The notes under the pieces are model-generated. The model saw only the letters and a list, made by a program, of their open reading frames with translations, was not told the origin of the DNA and did no database searches. A stretch of DNA of 64,000 bases from Patellaria atrata CBS 101060. Its lineage: Eukaryota. Positions 42,812 through 55,424 of this stretch are shown piece by piece. Made by a program: the position numbers and the translations under genes. The stretch's first letter is position 1, and every line of letters starts with the position of its first letter. The DNA lies in assembly GCA_010093705.1 (NCBI GenBank), contig MU006095.1, positions 744,001 to 808,000 on the forward strand, in the 5' to 3' direction.

Positions 42812-44081
42812 TTTGAGAGCCTGGACTGAGATGGGACGAGAGTCTCTCTATGTGATAGTCCGCAAACTAGTGCTCACTTCTCCTCAGTCATCGGCTACAA
42901 GTAGATGGAAGTTTCATCGCGCAAAGTGGTGCATCTAGCAGCGAGTGAACATGCACAAGGTGGCCAACTGGATATTCGTCAACGTATCGTGGATGCGGGT
43001 GACGTGGTCGTCTCTGTTTGAAGCAATCTGAAGACTTGGATTCTAAACAGTGCTGGGTATTGTATTCGACCAACGGTAATATGGACTAGAAACTCGAGAA
43101 TTGGATATATCGAGAGGACGAGATGTGTTGTATACAGGAAATATTATTATTATTTGGGCGAGAATTGTTTTTGTATAGAGGTAAGGGAATGGTTGATCAA
43201 AGTGGCGCTTGGTTGAGATGATAGGTTTACACTTGCCCGTGATCGAAAAAACGACCAATCGTAGACGACGGTTTCAACGCTTCAAAACTTCACAAACATA
43301 CAAGTTGTAAACAATTTCAGACTGCTCGTAGTTTTATTCTACAAGCAATGACAAGCAAAAGTGTGGAAGATAGTGAGTGTCTTGAAGTGAGAAGCGCAAA
43401 CGTCTTTTAGATTACATCGATAGAACACATGTCAACTACTTCTTCCCTCCATAAAGTACTGTAATGTACCACACCTATAAAATGCAAATTGTATGCCGAA
43501 GCCCAAACGGATCGTTGCGTTGTCGGCGGGTCCCACTGAAACTGGTGTGTATCTTCACCAAACTTAAGGGTACCTTACCCTATATGGCCTCTCTTCTCCG
43601 CATTTATCCCAGATACTACTTCTTGAAGGGAATAAGGCAGATCTATCCGATGTCACGGACCTTACAAACGGTGGAATATTTTGAACATTATTTTTACCAA
43701 CAACGATAAATCAGTGAAAGGTATCACTACTTACGAAAAACGCTTCCTCATATTTCTAGCAGCAGCACAACTGCGTTGGAACGTTAGAGTGGGTGAAGCG
43801 ATGTGGTGTTACATACCTGACTTCCGTCCGTACAGCTTTGTCCCATCACCTCACAACCTAACAATCCACAAGGCTACCCTCTCGCAACACCTTACTCCGC
43901 CCCTCCAGAGCGGAATCACGTCCAAAACACGACACTGCGCGCGTCTATTCGAAGTCCATCTGCTAGAAGGTTCTTTTCAGCCTTATCCTACCTAATGACC
44001 TCCCCAACATGAAGATATGAGTCAAATTTGCGGACGAGTCTTAACATGTCCGTTTGTAAATAAACGACCTCCGTCTAAACA

Positions 44082-47000
44082 ATGAGATACGATAACACAT
44101 CTGGTCCCTCTAGTCATGGAGAATTCACTTCCTCCAACCAAACTGCCAACTCATTCCTTGGAGGTAGAATGCCTTCATGGATGACTCCTCACCCACAACT
44201 CGCTCAAGTCCAGCAACCATCTCAAGTCCAGCAACCATCTCGAGTCCAGCAACCATCTCAAGTCCAGCAACCATCTCACGTCCAGCAACCATCTCACGTC
44301 CAGCAACCATCTCACGTCCAGCANNNNNNNNNNNNNNNNNNNNNNNNNNNNNNNNNNNNNNNNNNNNNNNNNNNNNNNNNNNNNNNNNNNNNNNNNNNNN
44401 NNNNNNNNNNNNNNNNNNNNNNNCCATCTCACGTCCAGCATCCATCTCACGTCCAGCAACCATCTAAAGTCCAGCAACATGCTTCTACCCACCAACTACC
44501 TAGACAACATACACTCAAAGAACTCCAACCGAGAACGCCCCAAACACCGTCTATGTCCATCTCCCCTCAAGTCGCCCATCAGCCTGTCCCCAACCTGGTC
44601 CAAATATCAAGCGGTGGAGGAGCACCTTCTCTCCCCGCGGTTTTACCCTCGCCAGCACCCAGTGAAGAAGTATATACCGCCGAACCATCAGATCTGCATG
44701 TAACATCTGCCGACAGCAATGGACACACAAATCAACGTGAAGGTGGGGTAGAGGAATACCTTCAGCGCTCAAGGCCGGATTTGGGTTCTTTTGCGAAAAG
44801 ACCAGTGGACCTGACTATCCAAGGGGCGAACAAACGTTCAAGTCATGGGATCCTCCGTTCCAACGCCACTCCTCCAACGAATACCATTATCAATTTACCA
44901 ACTACACAGACGGGAGGATATTACCAAGTACAAGTCCCTTCGCCCGTCAATAGAACAGAAAATGGGTCAAGACCGCGGATACAGAACGTGCAAACTCAAA
45001 TGCAACAAAATGCACTTGTAGAGCCTGTACAATCAGGCGTTCAAGGTCATCCACGGCTACGATACTGGCACTCTTCACTGGATGGGTTTCGACGACGCAT
45101 AGGGGAGTTTTGCGAGTCTCAGAACGGCTCATGGGAGGTAAACAGCAATGATCGAAATCGAATTAAGCTTCTTGACGATGCTATGGAACAGAAGGATTGG
45201 ATTTTCCTTGCCTTCCATCAATGGTTATGTCTTGCATACCGTCAAAGCCAGGTTCCCGCTGGTGTAAAGATTCCGAATCATATCGAGGCTATACAGTTCC
45301 TCGAAGCCATTCTAGGGCGAAATTCTAGATGCTCGGATACTCTACTCGACTTTTTCGCAACCTTTCCTACACCTAATGCGTCAGTCATTTTCCCAGACTT
45401 ATTTCAATTCGCCCTCATCAACTGGGGAAACCTGACCAACATTACCCTTCCCAGATGGAAAGATTTTGTTAAAAAATGTTCCGAGAGGAGAGCACCTCCT
45501 GCAGTGCGCGAATTGGTACAAGAGCTTAAGGTATTTTCCCCTATTCTCCACAGAATCATGTTCACAGCTATTATTCGCCACTTCTGGGGAGTTTCCGTGA
45601 CTCCCGCTTCGTCCAAGGCAGACCACACCAATATCAACGATGTGAACAACTTCATTAAGTGTGGCGGTGTGTACACTGACGATACTACGGTATCACTTCA
45701 AGGGCATATCCTTTACTTTCAAGCCCTCTTCCACGAACATATAGAGCATTTGAAACAAATCCAGACATCTGCCCATCCTCGGATTTTTCCTCAGGGACAA
45801 CTGTTTCCACAGGCGCAAGCATTTCCACTGGCCCAACAAGCGACCGCCCTCACGCAGATTAGTCAACAGCTACGCAATCAGCCCCAGGCGCCACTCGATT
45901 CTGTGGCTCAAGCGAACAACGTGACTTTTGTCCCAACAGGGTCATTACAATCACATGCTCCGCCAAATTCAATACGCATCGAATCAATTCGTACCGTGCC
46001 TAGGTCATCGATGCCGATGGCCACCCAGCGTAGACAGTCTTCACTGAGCAATTCAAATCAAGCACCCAATCAAAGTTTTAACACTCAAGCATCCGCAGGA
46101 CCTGTGTTTCCGCCGTTTCCTTCGCAGTTGCTGCAAGAACGCCCTTCACTTCTACCCCGGGGGATGGAGCCGAGGGCGCAACCTGCCAATCCAACCCCGA
46201 TTACCTCTGCTTTGCATCAAGCTCATCTCAGGAGTCCCTTACTGAGTCCTCAATCAGAGGAATGGTCCAAGAGCCGGATCTACAGCTTTGTTAAGGGTCT
46301 AATTCTGTCCCCAAAAATTTTGAGTGGCAAGTCAATTCGTGAAGAATGGAAATTCATCGTGTCAGAAGAAGTATTCAAGTCACTTCCACGTTCTGAACCA
46401 TTAAATACCCACAGTAATCCGTACGTGCGGTACGTTACCCCGTCAACCAAGCTCTATCGGCTCCGGTCCATCAAGACGCAAAATAGTAAAGATTTCGATG
46501 AGGCTACCTGGTCTTTACAGGAGACATCTTGGCCAGAAAGGCTATACGCCCATCTCAATGATCAGGGCCTCGAGATGCGACGCAAGTTACACCATGGCAA
46601 GGACCTTCCGATCGATGTGACCAACCTCCTCCGAAGTGGTGAAAATGTGTTCAAGATGTTCCAGAATATTCCGATGGATGGTAAATACGTTCCTCAAGAC
46701 TATGCGATTGGCGTTGAGGTTGTCGAGTTTATCGATCATGCGACTTTAACGAATGGGTGTATCACGGATAGGACCATCTCTTCGGAGGAAGTACTCGAAG
46801 CCATCAGAGAGCGTCTACAAAGGACTACTAACGATGATGATGATGACATCGCGATTGTCAACTCTAATCTCACCATTGATCTCTTCGATCCTTTTTTGGC
46901 GAACAAAACGTTCGAAATCCCCGCTAGAGGAAAATCATGTCTTCACGCGAACTGCTTCGATCTGGAAACGTTCCTCCAAACCCGGCCAGGTCCGAGACCC

Positions 47001-47423
47001 CTTCCAACCTCAAACTGTCCTACCGCAGTTGACGTATGGAAATGTCCGATCTGTAAAGGTGACGTTCGTCCGCAGAATCTTGTTGTTGACGGTTTCTTGA
47101 TGGAAGTCCGATCTCAGCTAGAGCAGCAAGGTAAGTTAGATACGAGGTTCATCCTCGTGGAGTCTGATGGGACTTGGACACCTAAGGAGCCGGCCATTGC
47201 AGAAGCACCACCACCGGCACCGGCGTCGAGGGAGACTAGTTCTACAGCTCGGGCCAACCCAGAACAGATAACCGCGGGAGCGATAGCCGAACAAGGGCCC
47301 GGTTGGGGCTCAATGCTCGGAGAGGACCTGGATGGTATGATCTTCGGTCACAACGACCCCAGACCGGCACCGCCAGCACTCACTAGGAGGGTGACGGAGG
47401 TTATCAGTCTTGACGATGATTAA
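44082..47423 (+). CDS. SP-RING/MIZ zinc-finger protein (putative SUMO E3 ligase, Zmiz-like)
   Basis: LEMRRKLHHGKDLPIDVT, SP-RING PARGKSCLHANCFDL...WKCPIC, and a terminal SIM-like VISLDDD. Spans a 100-N gap. Confidence 0.85.
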   Translation: MRYDNTSGPSSHGEFTSSNQTANSFLGGRMPSWMTPHPQLAQVQQPSQVQQPSRVQQPSQVQQPSHVQQPSHVQQPSHVQXXXXXXXXXXXXXXXXXXXXXXXXXXXXXXXXXXPSHVQHPSHVQQPSKVQQHASTHQLPRQHTLKELQPRTPQTPSMSISPQVAHQPVPNLVQISSGGGAPSLPAVLPSPAPSEEVYTAEPSDLHVTSADSNGHTNQREGGVEEYLQRSRPDLGSFAKRPVDLTIQGANKRSSHGILRSNATPPTNTIINLPTTQTGGYYQVQVPSPVNRTENGSRPRIQNVQTQMQQNALVEPVQSGVQGHPRLRYWHSSLDGFRRRIGEFCESQNGSWEVNSNDRNRIKLLDDAMEQKDWIFLAFHQWLCLAYRQSQVPAGVKIPNHIEAIQFLEAILGRNSRCSDTLLDFFATFPTPNASVIFPDLFQFALINWGNLTNITLPRWKDFVKKCSERRAPPAVRELVQELKVFSPILHRIMFTAIIRHFWGVSVTPASSKADHTNINDVNNFIKCGGVYTDDTTVSLQGHILYFQALFHEHIEHLKQIQTSAHPRIFPQGQLFPQAQAFPLAQQATALTQISQQLRNQPQAPLDSVAQANNVTFVPTGSLQSHAPPNSIRIESIRTVPRSSMPMATQRRQSSLSNSNQAPNQSFNTQASAGPVFPPFPSQLLQERPSLLPRGMEPRAQPANPTPITSALHQAHLRSPLLSPQSEEWSKSRIYSFVKGLILSPKILSGKSIREEWKFIVSEEVFKSLPRSEPLNTHSNPYVRYVTPSTKLYRLRSIKTQNSKDFDEATWSLQETSWPERLYAHLNDQGLEMRRKLHHGKDLPIDVTNLLRSGENVFKMFQNIPMDGKYVPQDYAIGVEVVEFIDHATLTNGCITDRTISSEEVLEAIRERLQRTTNDDDDDIAIVNSNLTIDLFDPFLANKTFEIPARGKSCLHANCFDLETFLQTRPGPRPLPTSNCPTAVDVWKCPICKGDVRPQNLVVDGFLMEVRSQLEQQGKLDTRFILVESDGTWTPKEPAIAEAPPPAPASRETSSTARANPEQITAGAIAEQGPGWGSMLGEDLDGMIFGHNDPRPAPPALTRRVTEVISLDDD
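44208..44478 (+). repeat. 18-bp coding tandem repeat (VQQPS[H/Q/R/K])n interrupted by an assembly gap
   Basis: Unit gtccagcaaccatctca(c/a); at least 6 units before and about 3 after the N run at 44324-44423. Confidence 0.95.
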
Positions 47424-48086
47424 ATATCCTCTCATCGTCTTTGCTACAATATTCTCTTCTGAAACTTGGGAAACAGCGATATCTAAAACCACAAAATTCT
47501 CCTGATTCTAATCTTATGACATGATTCTATCCATGCATTGGGTTTCTTTATCTTGGGCATACACATCTCGGGCGTTTCCTATACCTCATCGTGGGCGAAG
47601 TGGTTCTCGGGCGTTTATTTCGGTCGGTTATGTATGGCGATATACCCTATTTAGTTTTATATCCTTGATGAAGTCGAAAAGCGCGGATCAATGTTTTTCG
47701 AGGTTTATATCTCTTTATGATATATCTGGTGAAATTGAAAGAGAGGAGAACTTGTAAATACCAAAACACGGGAATGTTACACAGTGCTGTAGGCCAACTT
47801 CTTTATTGTGATCTCTTCAAAATGACGGTTATGAAAAGCATCCTTTTCCATCTTTTGTTCCAGAATGTGGATGAAACATTCTCCGCTATAAGTCTATTCC
47901 ATGTTCCCTTTTTCGCAATTGTTTCCAAAGATTATAAGTGGGGATACGTGTCGACTTGCCCTACTTGGGAAGAAAGGGATGAACATATAAAATGCTCTCA
48001 ACGCACCCAGATTTCAGAACATGCAAAACTTCACTTTCCATCTTTAATCAACCTATTTCCATCCATGTCATCCATAAGCCCATGAA

Positions 48087-49719
48087 ATGCCCTCCCGCCA
48101 CCGCCCCTCAATTTGGCGCCGCAACTACACTGGTCCCCGCCTACTCATCTTCTTTACATTTTCCTGTCTCATCTGGCTTGTCAGTCGACCACCACGTCAG
48201 ACAGCCGCCAGCTTCACGAGATTAGGGCTAGTAGGTTATGGATATGGTGAAGCGATCAATCGCATCTTGTGGGATGTAGAGAGAAGGAAGGATGAATTGG
48301 TATTATGACCCTTCTAACTCAGTACTTTAGAGCTTCTTCCACCAAGGGATCTTTTGGACTCACATATATATGATTTAGCCAAACCCAGGCACACCACCAC
48401 CGGCCCTTCCCCCAAGACCTCCAGCTGCAATCCTTACCTCCAACTCGACCGCGCGTACCCCTATCTCCATATCCACCCAGAGCGATACCAACTGTCCGCG
48501 TCAGCACCCGTTGGCGGAACAAGTCCTTCTCATCCTCAAAACAGGCGCCACGGAACTCTACACCAAACTCCCGATCCACTTCTCCACGATGCTATCCTGC
48601 CACCCCCTGGCGTCGTTCCTCCTCTTCTCAGACCTCGCACAGCAAATCGGCATTCACATCGTCCACGACGCCCTCGCCAACGTAACACCAGAAACAAGAA
48701 CCGGGGTGGTAGACTTCGAGCTATACAACAAAGTCCGAGAGATAGCCGTGGAAGGCGGCGACATAAGCGTGTTAAGCGGCCAGCAAAGCTGGGACCTCGA
48801 CAAATGGAAATTCCTCCCCATGATGCGGGACGCCTGGACGTACGCGCAAAAGCAAGGTGGGGGGTATAAATGGTACATCATGCTCGAAGCGGACACCTAC
48901 ATCCACCTCCCCAACCTCTACGCCTGGCTCGACCATATGGACGCCTCGGAACCCAGATACCTGGGCTCCGCGGTCGTGATAGCCGACGGGCCTCATTTCG
49001 CCCACGGTGGGAGCGGTGTCGTGCTCTCCGCTCCCGCCGTCGCGGCCCTCGTGGCTGCGACCGAAAACCGCGCCTCGGAGTGGGAGCAAAAGACGAGGGA
49101 AACGTGCTGCGGGGATGAGATCCTCGCAAAGGCGCTCGTAGAGGGGGGTGTCACGTGTAAGATGGCGCACCCGCACATCCAGGGCGAGACGGCGTGGAGT
49201 CTGGATTGGCGGGCGGGCGGGTGGTGCAGGGCGGTCGTGACGTGGCATCATCTCCGCGCGGGGGAGGTGGATGCGCTATGGCGGTTTGAGAGGGGGTGGA
49301 TCGAGAAATATGGGGTCGAGAGGCCGATACTGTTTCGTGATGTTTATGAGCACTTTGTTGCGCCGCATCTGCGCCCGGCGAGGGATGATTGGGATAGTCG
49401 GGCTGAGTCACAGATTTTTGCTTCGTCTACTTATGAGGCGATGAGGTTTGATGAACAGCCGACGAATCCATTGCAGGAGGTTGCGTGGCGCTCGTTTGAG
49501 GACTGTCAGAGGTTGTGTGAGGCGCAGGAGAGTTGTTTGCAGTTTGTGTATAAGCCGGAGTTCTGTGGCTTGGGGGATGTGGTTAAGCTTGGGAAGAGGG
49601 TGGAGAAGAAGGAGGGGGAGGCAAAGGTTAGAAGCGTGTGGTATTTGGATAGGATTGAGAGGTGGATGAAAGGGATGCCGGATTGTGAGAATGAATCGCC
49701 GTGGGTGCTGCCAGCTTGA
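48087..49719 (+). CDS. Glycosyltransferase family 31 (Fringe-like), type II membrane protein
   Basis: N-terminal TM segment in exon 1, intron 48231-48378. Motifs LILKTGATE, WDLDKWKFLPM, KWYIMLEADTY, FAHGGSGVVLS, CCGDEILAKAL and VVTWHH. Confidence 0.85.
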
Positions 49720-50030
49720 GTGAGGAGTCCTGCATTTGTTAGTATTGATATATGGTTTCAATAGTAGATCAGCTTATTAGATAGCTAAGGTGTTCTAGAC
49801 TTCGAAATCAATTTATGTTTCATGTCTAAGAGAGATGGTGTTAATTGCATAATCATATTATTCAAAATCACTAATGAAACATGTTTTGGTACAGTCTTGT
49901 ATATTCCTACTTACCACTCAAATTCGTCCAGCAAACTCACTGAACTTCGAGGAACAATATATCCGGAAAGGGGCACAACTTCCGTATGAAAGAGACGCGA
50001 CAGTATCAATAGTAAAAGAGAAGGAGGTAG

Positions 50031-50798
50031 TTACCTGCCCCACCACTTCTTCTTCGGCTTCGCCAACTGCTTTTCCACGGGAATGCCATAATCCATTCTA
50101 TCTCCATGATAGAACCTGCCCTCGTACTGGTCATTGACCGGATCCAGTTTCAGTTGCGAACGGTGATCCGACTGATAGCACCACAGGAAGTCGCGCAGCT
50201 TCTGAATTTCCTCAGCCTTACCAAACTCCTTTTCCCAGAAGATATCTTGACGCACCCTCACTTGATCAGCATATATCTCCTCAACAGTAGGGCTTGGAGG
50301 TTCAGGCCGTGATCCGCTAACCTCCCGTTCACCGCTTGCTCGGGGCCTAGAAGGCGCCGCTGATATGCTGTCAACGCTTTCGCCGCTGCACTGCGCTAGA
50401 GGCGAAGATGTGTTGTTGGCGTAATCATCAATGATATCAATAGGATAGGTGTTCTTAGGGACTTCAGGTTTATCCTGATAGTTTGGATTAGGATTGAACG
50501 GTGAGTCCAAGATCTTAATGTGGCGATGTGCAGCTAGATCGCCTGCCTTGAGTTCTTCTTCTTTGAGAGAAAGCGTGGGTCTCATCAGTGCCGCATCTTC
50601 CTCCAGGACATCAGTTGTATCCTCTTCTAGAAGCTCGTCCAGCCTTAGTTGGAGGGTGAACGTGCCGAGATCGGACTCGAAATCAATAACTTTATCCTTC
50701 GAGGTGCTTACCTTGCCGTAATCCTTAACACCTGCTCCGTGTTGAGCTTTATTTCCATTTCCGAAATCGCCGTCGGGAACATTTAATGTCATTTGATC
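50031..50798 (-). CDS. Hypothetical acidic protein (possibly the 3' exon of the 50875-51315 ORF)
   Basis: 253-aa ORF preceded by a branch point and acceptor (gctaac...taatag at 50800-50799). Confidence 0.5.
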   Translation of the reverse strand, partial: DQMTLNVPDGDFGNGNKAQHGAGVKDYGKVSTSKDKVIDFESDLGTFTLQLRLDELLEEDTTDVLEEDAALMRPTLSLKEEELKAGDLAAHRHIKILDSPFNPNPNYQDKPEVPKNTYPIDIIDDYANNTSSPLAQCSGESVDSISAAPSRPRASGEREVSGSRPEPPSPTVEEIYADQVRVRQDIFWEKEFGKAEEIQKLRDFLWCYQSDHRSQLKLDPVNDQYEGRFYHGDRMDYGIPVEKQLAKPKKKWWGR

Positions 50799-50874
50799 CT
50801 ATTACTTGCGTTAGCAGGTATAATGTCTTTGGGAGTTATAAGTTGCTACCAGACATGCCATTGACCACCAATAG

Positions 50875-51315
50875 CTAAATTAGCTTGAAATCATTATCGT
50901 TGGAGTCGTTCAACTCGTCGATGGTGATGATCTCGAAAGATTCATTGAGTCGAGCCAAATCCTCTTCCGAAAGCTCGGAAACGGAGGGGCTCAAATCGAA
51001 TCCATCATCCTTATCATCCAAGTCGCGGAGTCCACGAGAGTTTAAGCGCTCACGTGGCCATACGTTCTCGTCTTCGTCCATATCTCTCTTAGATAGAGAT
51101 GAGACTACTTCTAAACCCCTGGAGGGTTCCTCAGTAGTAGACTTAGCCTTAACCTTGGGTCCTTTTTGGAGAAGTAGATTTGTTGACGGAGAGTGAATCG
51201 GTTTAGGGGCGTTATCCTTCATGGCTTGCATCAATTCAAGCTGGAGCGGCCGTCCTTCGGTAATATTGGAAAGTCTGGGGCATTGGGATCGGATACTTAC
51301 CTTGTTGGAAACCAT
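50875..51315 (-). CDS. Hypothetical acidic protein (possibly the 5' part of the 50031 ORF)
   Basis: 146-aa ORF with a possible 60-nt in-frame intron at 51300-51241 (AAG|GTAAGT...CCAG). Confidence 0.45.
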   Translation of the reverse strand: MVSNKVSIRSQCPRLSNITEGRPLQLELMQAMKDNAPKPIHSPSTNLLLQKGPKVKAKSTTEEPSRGLEVVSSLSKRDMDEDENVWPRERLNSRGLRDLDDKDDGFDLSPSVSELSEEDLARLNESFEIITIDELNDSNDNDFKLI

Positions 51316-53170
51316 TTCTGCGAAGTGCTCTAGAAGTTAGTGCTAAAAGCAGAAGACAAGATTTTGATCTCGAAATGCAAACTTCAGTGAGGTTTGTCAA
51401 TAGAGTCCGGCTCTATCAAATATTTCAAGGGCCAAGGATCAAGTTCTTCGACCTTTAGTGTGCGGTTGCAAGAGTTCAAGAGAGACGCTCTCCTAAGTGC
51501 TGGCAGACACACGATTTATATGCCGAGGTTTTCATCATTGTTTAGAAGAGATAGAATGCGTGGACAATGGTATTGTTGTATCTTGAAAGAGCGATCTAGC
51601 AGCACAAAGGAATTGTTCGCTTTCAGATCCACCTGTCAAAGACAATTGTTTTCTAAACAAAGAATCGATATAACTTCAGCTTTGAACAGATCTGAAGAGT
51701 AATCTACGCATGAGAATTTTTGGTACAATCTCTTCAACATCAATATCGATTTTGACAGTTTTTATCTCCAGGAAGACTGGTTCTATGAAGATTGGTTTTA
51801 AGAACACTAGTCCTACGAAAATTCTTTCTGGTAAGATCTTCTAGATCTTCTAGATGTACTATCTCTAGGAAGCATGACTGAACTAGGGGAGAGACACCTG
51901 TCGTGTTTTCTAAAAGTGGTGAGAATATGAATAATCAAACCTTTACGGTTAACTCTGATTAAGTTTCAGGTTCTCCGATAACTCAATCGGGAATCAGGAC
52001 CACTTCTCTGTAGTTAAGTTGCCTTATCTTGATAAGCTTCCAATTGAAGTCTCTCAAAGATAATGTCCTAAGCCTTAAACCGGAATAAGCCTCAGTGATG
52101 GGTAAGCTAGAGTAGTGAACTCAACTGCGCCCTCTCGGGAATAATTCAATAACCCCTTTTGTTGGCGTGGAGCTCCACTGGCATGGAAATCCATTGCGTT
52201 TGCAATCGTGACTCCACTTCTAATCTTGTCACCGCTTAGCAACTGATACCAACATCGCCACTAGCAAAGTACCATTGCGTACATAGTTCTGAAACGCGAA
52301 GCTCATAGAATCGATGTAAATCAATGTAGGAGCCTCGCACATCATCGCATGATGAGAGAGCCCTGCGAGGCGCAGGAACACGACGTTTTGATCATCAGGG
52401 CATTTTTATAAGAACTATAACGCGATATTAGAAGAGGTTCGTGTTGTCGGTGTTGATAAAGCTGGAAGTTTGTTTTTGGCTCAAAAGAAGAGCGCTAGAA
52501 CGAATCGAGCCAAGCACAGCCTTCCGTTTACGTAGGGAGCGAATCTTACATTACAACACCAATCGGGGCTAAGATGTTGCCGATTACGGCTTGGGGCTCC
52601 CAAAAACGGTACATCCGCAACGGCGAGAATCCTTCACCGACATAAACACAAGGTCGATCGAAAACTCCAACTATCCCATCAAACATTCTCATGGCTTGCG
52701 ACGAGAAATCTACGTCCTTTTTGCTATTGGCGCTCTCGCCTATCATGGTGTTGGTGCTCCTGAAAAACCTAAATATGGCTCAGTAACGCGGGAGCCAAAT
52801 TTGTAGAAACTTCAGAAATAAGCGATTAGGAGCGCTAGGGTAGGTGATGATCACTTTTATGTTTCCATAAGGCACTCTTCTAGTCTTGTTATGATTGAAA
52901 TAGTTTCCAGTTTCGAGATTTCTTGCATCAGATCGTTATTAGTCTACTTCTAATGTTCCTTCTATTTCTATACTTCAAGAGTCAGTTTCGCTGTCGATTT
53001 ACTTCAGAAAACAGGTGGAAGAGACAAACATCCGAAAGCGAGGCTTATATACTTCTCCATCCGAACTACGACAATCTCCAAGCATTTGGTAGCCGAAATC
53101 GAGGCGTGCTGTACAGTACTTCGTGCAGCCAAACGCGCTATTAGACGCAGTGGAGACGGGGATTGGAAGT

Positions 53171-54894
53171 ATGCCACCAAGGTTGGCTCACAAAAAGTCG
53201 AAGACGGGATGCCAACGGTGCAAAAATAGGAAAGTTAAGGTCAGTTTCTATCTTTTGTACTACCCTAGCTTCGAATTACGATGTACAAATTCATCTGTAT
53301 GTTCGAATCTGCTTTGCTCGGTTGTCTGTTGCTATGGTGGGTATCAAGTCAATTTATACAATCGTCCCTTTGACTCTTTCACGGCCTGATGCATTCCTAA
53401 ATCCTCCGGAGCAATCAAATCCTCTTCCGGAAGCGAAAACACCGTTTGCAGGAATCAGGCCGCGAATATCATGAGGAGTATTTAGACTTGATCAAATAGC
53501 GTTGGAGATTTAGAGCACAATGCATAGCATACGGAGCTGCAACCAGGCGCGCGGTTGAAATACAGACACTCACGTGTTCTACTGATGTAGCTGCGAAATG
53601 TTTGTTTGGGATTATCGTCTAACGATATTAACTTCAACTCTAGTGCGATGAACAACATCCCGTATGCGGTAGTTGTCAGCGGCACGGCGTTGAATGCGTC
53701 TACGCACCGACTACGACCACCCAATATGCGCATTCGACGACCAGTCAGGATACCTCATTGCGCCGGACATCGACTGTAGGAACTGCTAGTCAGGGGATAC
53801 TCAATCTCAAGGGATTGGGGCTTGAGTTAGATGAGTCTTTGGAGAGAATACTACCTGGAATGACCATCCCGGAACCTGATCTGACCGTAACTGAGACGTA
53901 CAACCGGCGAATCATTGAGCTTCGTCTTCTGCACCATTGGACGATGAACACTAGCTTTACCATGCCAGGAGTACAAATTCCTGAAGTTCAAAGGATATGG
54001 CACACCGGCATGGTCTCACTTGCGCTCAGCTATCCATTCCTTTTGCACGCGATTTTTTCCTTGGCTGCGCTCCACATAATCCGATATCCTGACCCTGAAA
54101 GCCCCTTGAGTATCGATATATATCGGCATTACCTCATAGCCGCTGTGAATGGCCATCGGTTCACTCTTGGGTCTCTTGAGGCCCTTTCACAAGTCGATGC
54201 AGTGCATTTGACGTCGCTGATCATTTCAATTCACCTCATCGCGGAACTTAACAGTGGCTCATCAGGCCCTTATAAACCTCCAACACAATGGTTAAACATG
54301 GCTACCAGAGCCGGCGCCGCAACAAACATGGTATGTATTAGAAAAGCGAATATTCAGTCGACCTTCACATGGGCGACCTTTCCTCCGTCACCGCATTCAA
54401 TAAGTCGTGCAGAAGTGCTGAACCGCGACAATATAAGCAACGTTGGTCTGTACAACGTTATGGAACGATGGCAGGGTGATGGTGATGAGTTTCCATTCCA
54501 GGAAACAACTAAAGCAGCTTATGAAGATGCATTAGCATTTATAGGCTGGATCGAACTTGATATCCGGAGAGGGCTTTCTATCCACGAAACTGCGAGGAGA
54601 CTACTAGCCTTTGGACACTATATTATTCCTTTATTCGCAGAGCTAGTTGAAAAGGGCAGGCCGAGGGCTCTGGTTATTCTAGCCTCGTTCTTTTCATGTT
54701 TCGCAACACTTGGTAGCATTTGGTGGTGTGAGGGCGTCGCTAACCAGGAAGTGATGGGTATATGGAATATATTACCTGATAATTGCTGGAAAACCAAGAT
54801 GGCATGGGCGATCGAGAAGCTCAATTTAGAAAAGGAGCAGAATTACATCTTCGAGAACCTAGTGTCAAGACCATCAGCACAGGGTTTGGCGTAG
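53171..54894 (+). CDS. Zn2Cys6 transcription factor, Upc2/sterol-uptake-control-like architecture
   Basis: MPPRLAHKKSKTGCQRCKNRKVK|CDEQHPVCGSCQRHGVEC joined across intron 53240-53643; then ELRLLHHW, YPFLLHAIFSLAALH and PRALVILA. Confidence 0.85.
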
Positions 54895-55424
54895 ATGCAA
54901 GAGTACGTCATAGAATATCAGTCTATATAAGCTTATTTCCCAAGTATTTCTCTTAGACTCTACCCTTCACGATGCGTTCTAGTCTTCTAGAGTGACAGAT
55001 TTAGGATAATAGATACGTTTGCTTTCTATGTCTATGCTCTCTTCCATATTTTCATCAGTAAATCATCCGGAGTGGGAAGAAGCTATGCTTTCATCCATTC
55101 ATAGCTCAGCTTTTCTACTTCATTCTACCAATTATCTCGATGCAAAATGATTTCGATGACTTCTTGTACTGTACCTCCGCCTTAACCCAATGGGCTGATA
55201 ATAGTATCGAAACGCGTTACTTCGCTTTCTCTCCTTTTATATTCTAGTTCCATCTAACCACATGGACGTGGAAGACTGACAGGCGATGTGTTACTCCTGT
55301 TCTCACAAACCGCACTATGACGCCTTCCATGCTGAGGTACGTACTTCCTTCGGGGAGTAGCATTATCTATCTTTGGTTTAGAAAGTAAGACTTCGTCAGA
55401 AGCGCTCGGTTTCATCCTACTAGA

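Noticed and set aside
44208..44478. CRISPR-like array
   Set aside because: The units are contiguous with no spacers and lie in frame within a eukaryotic gene.
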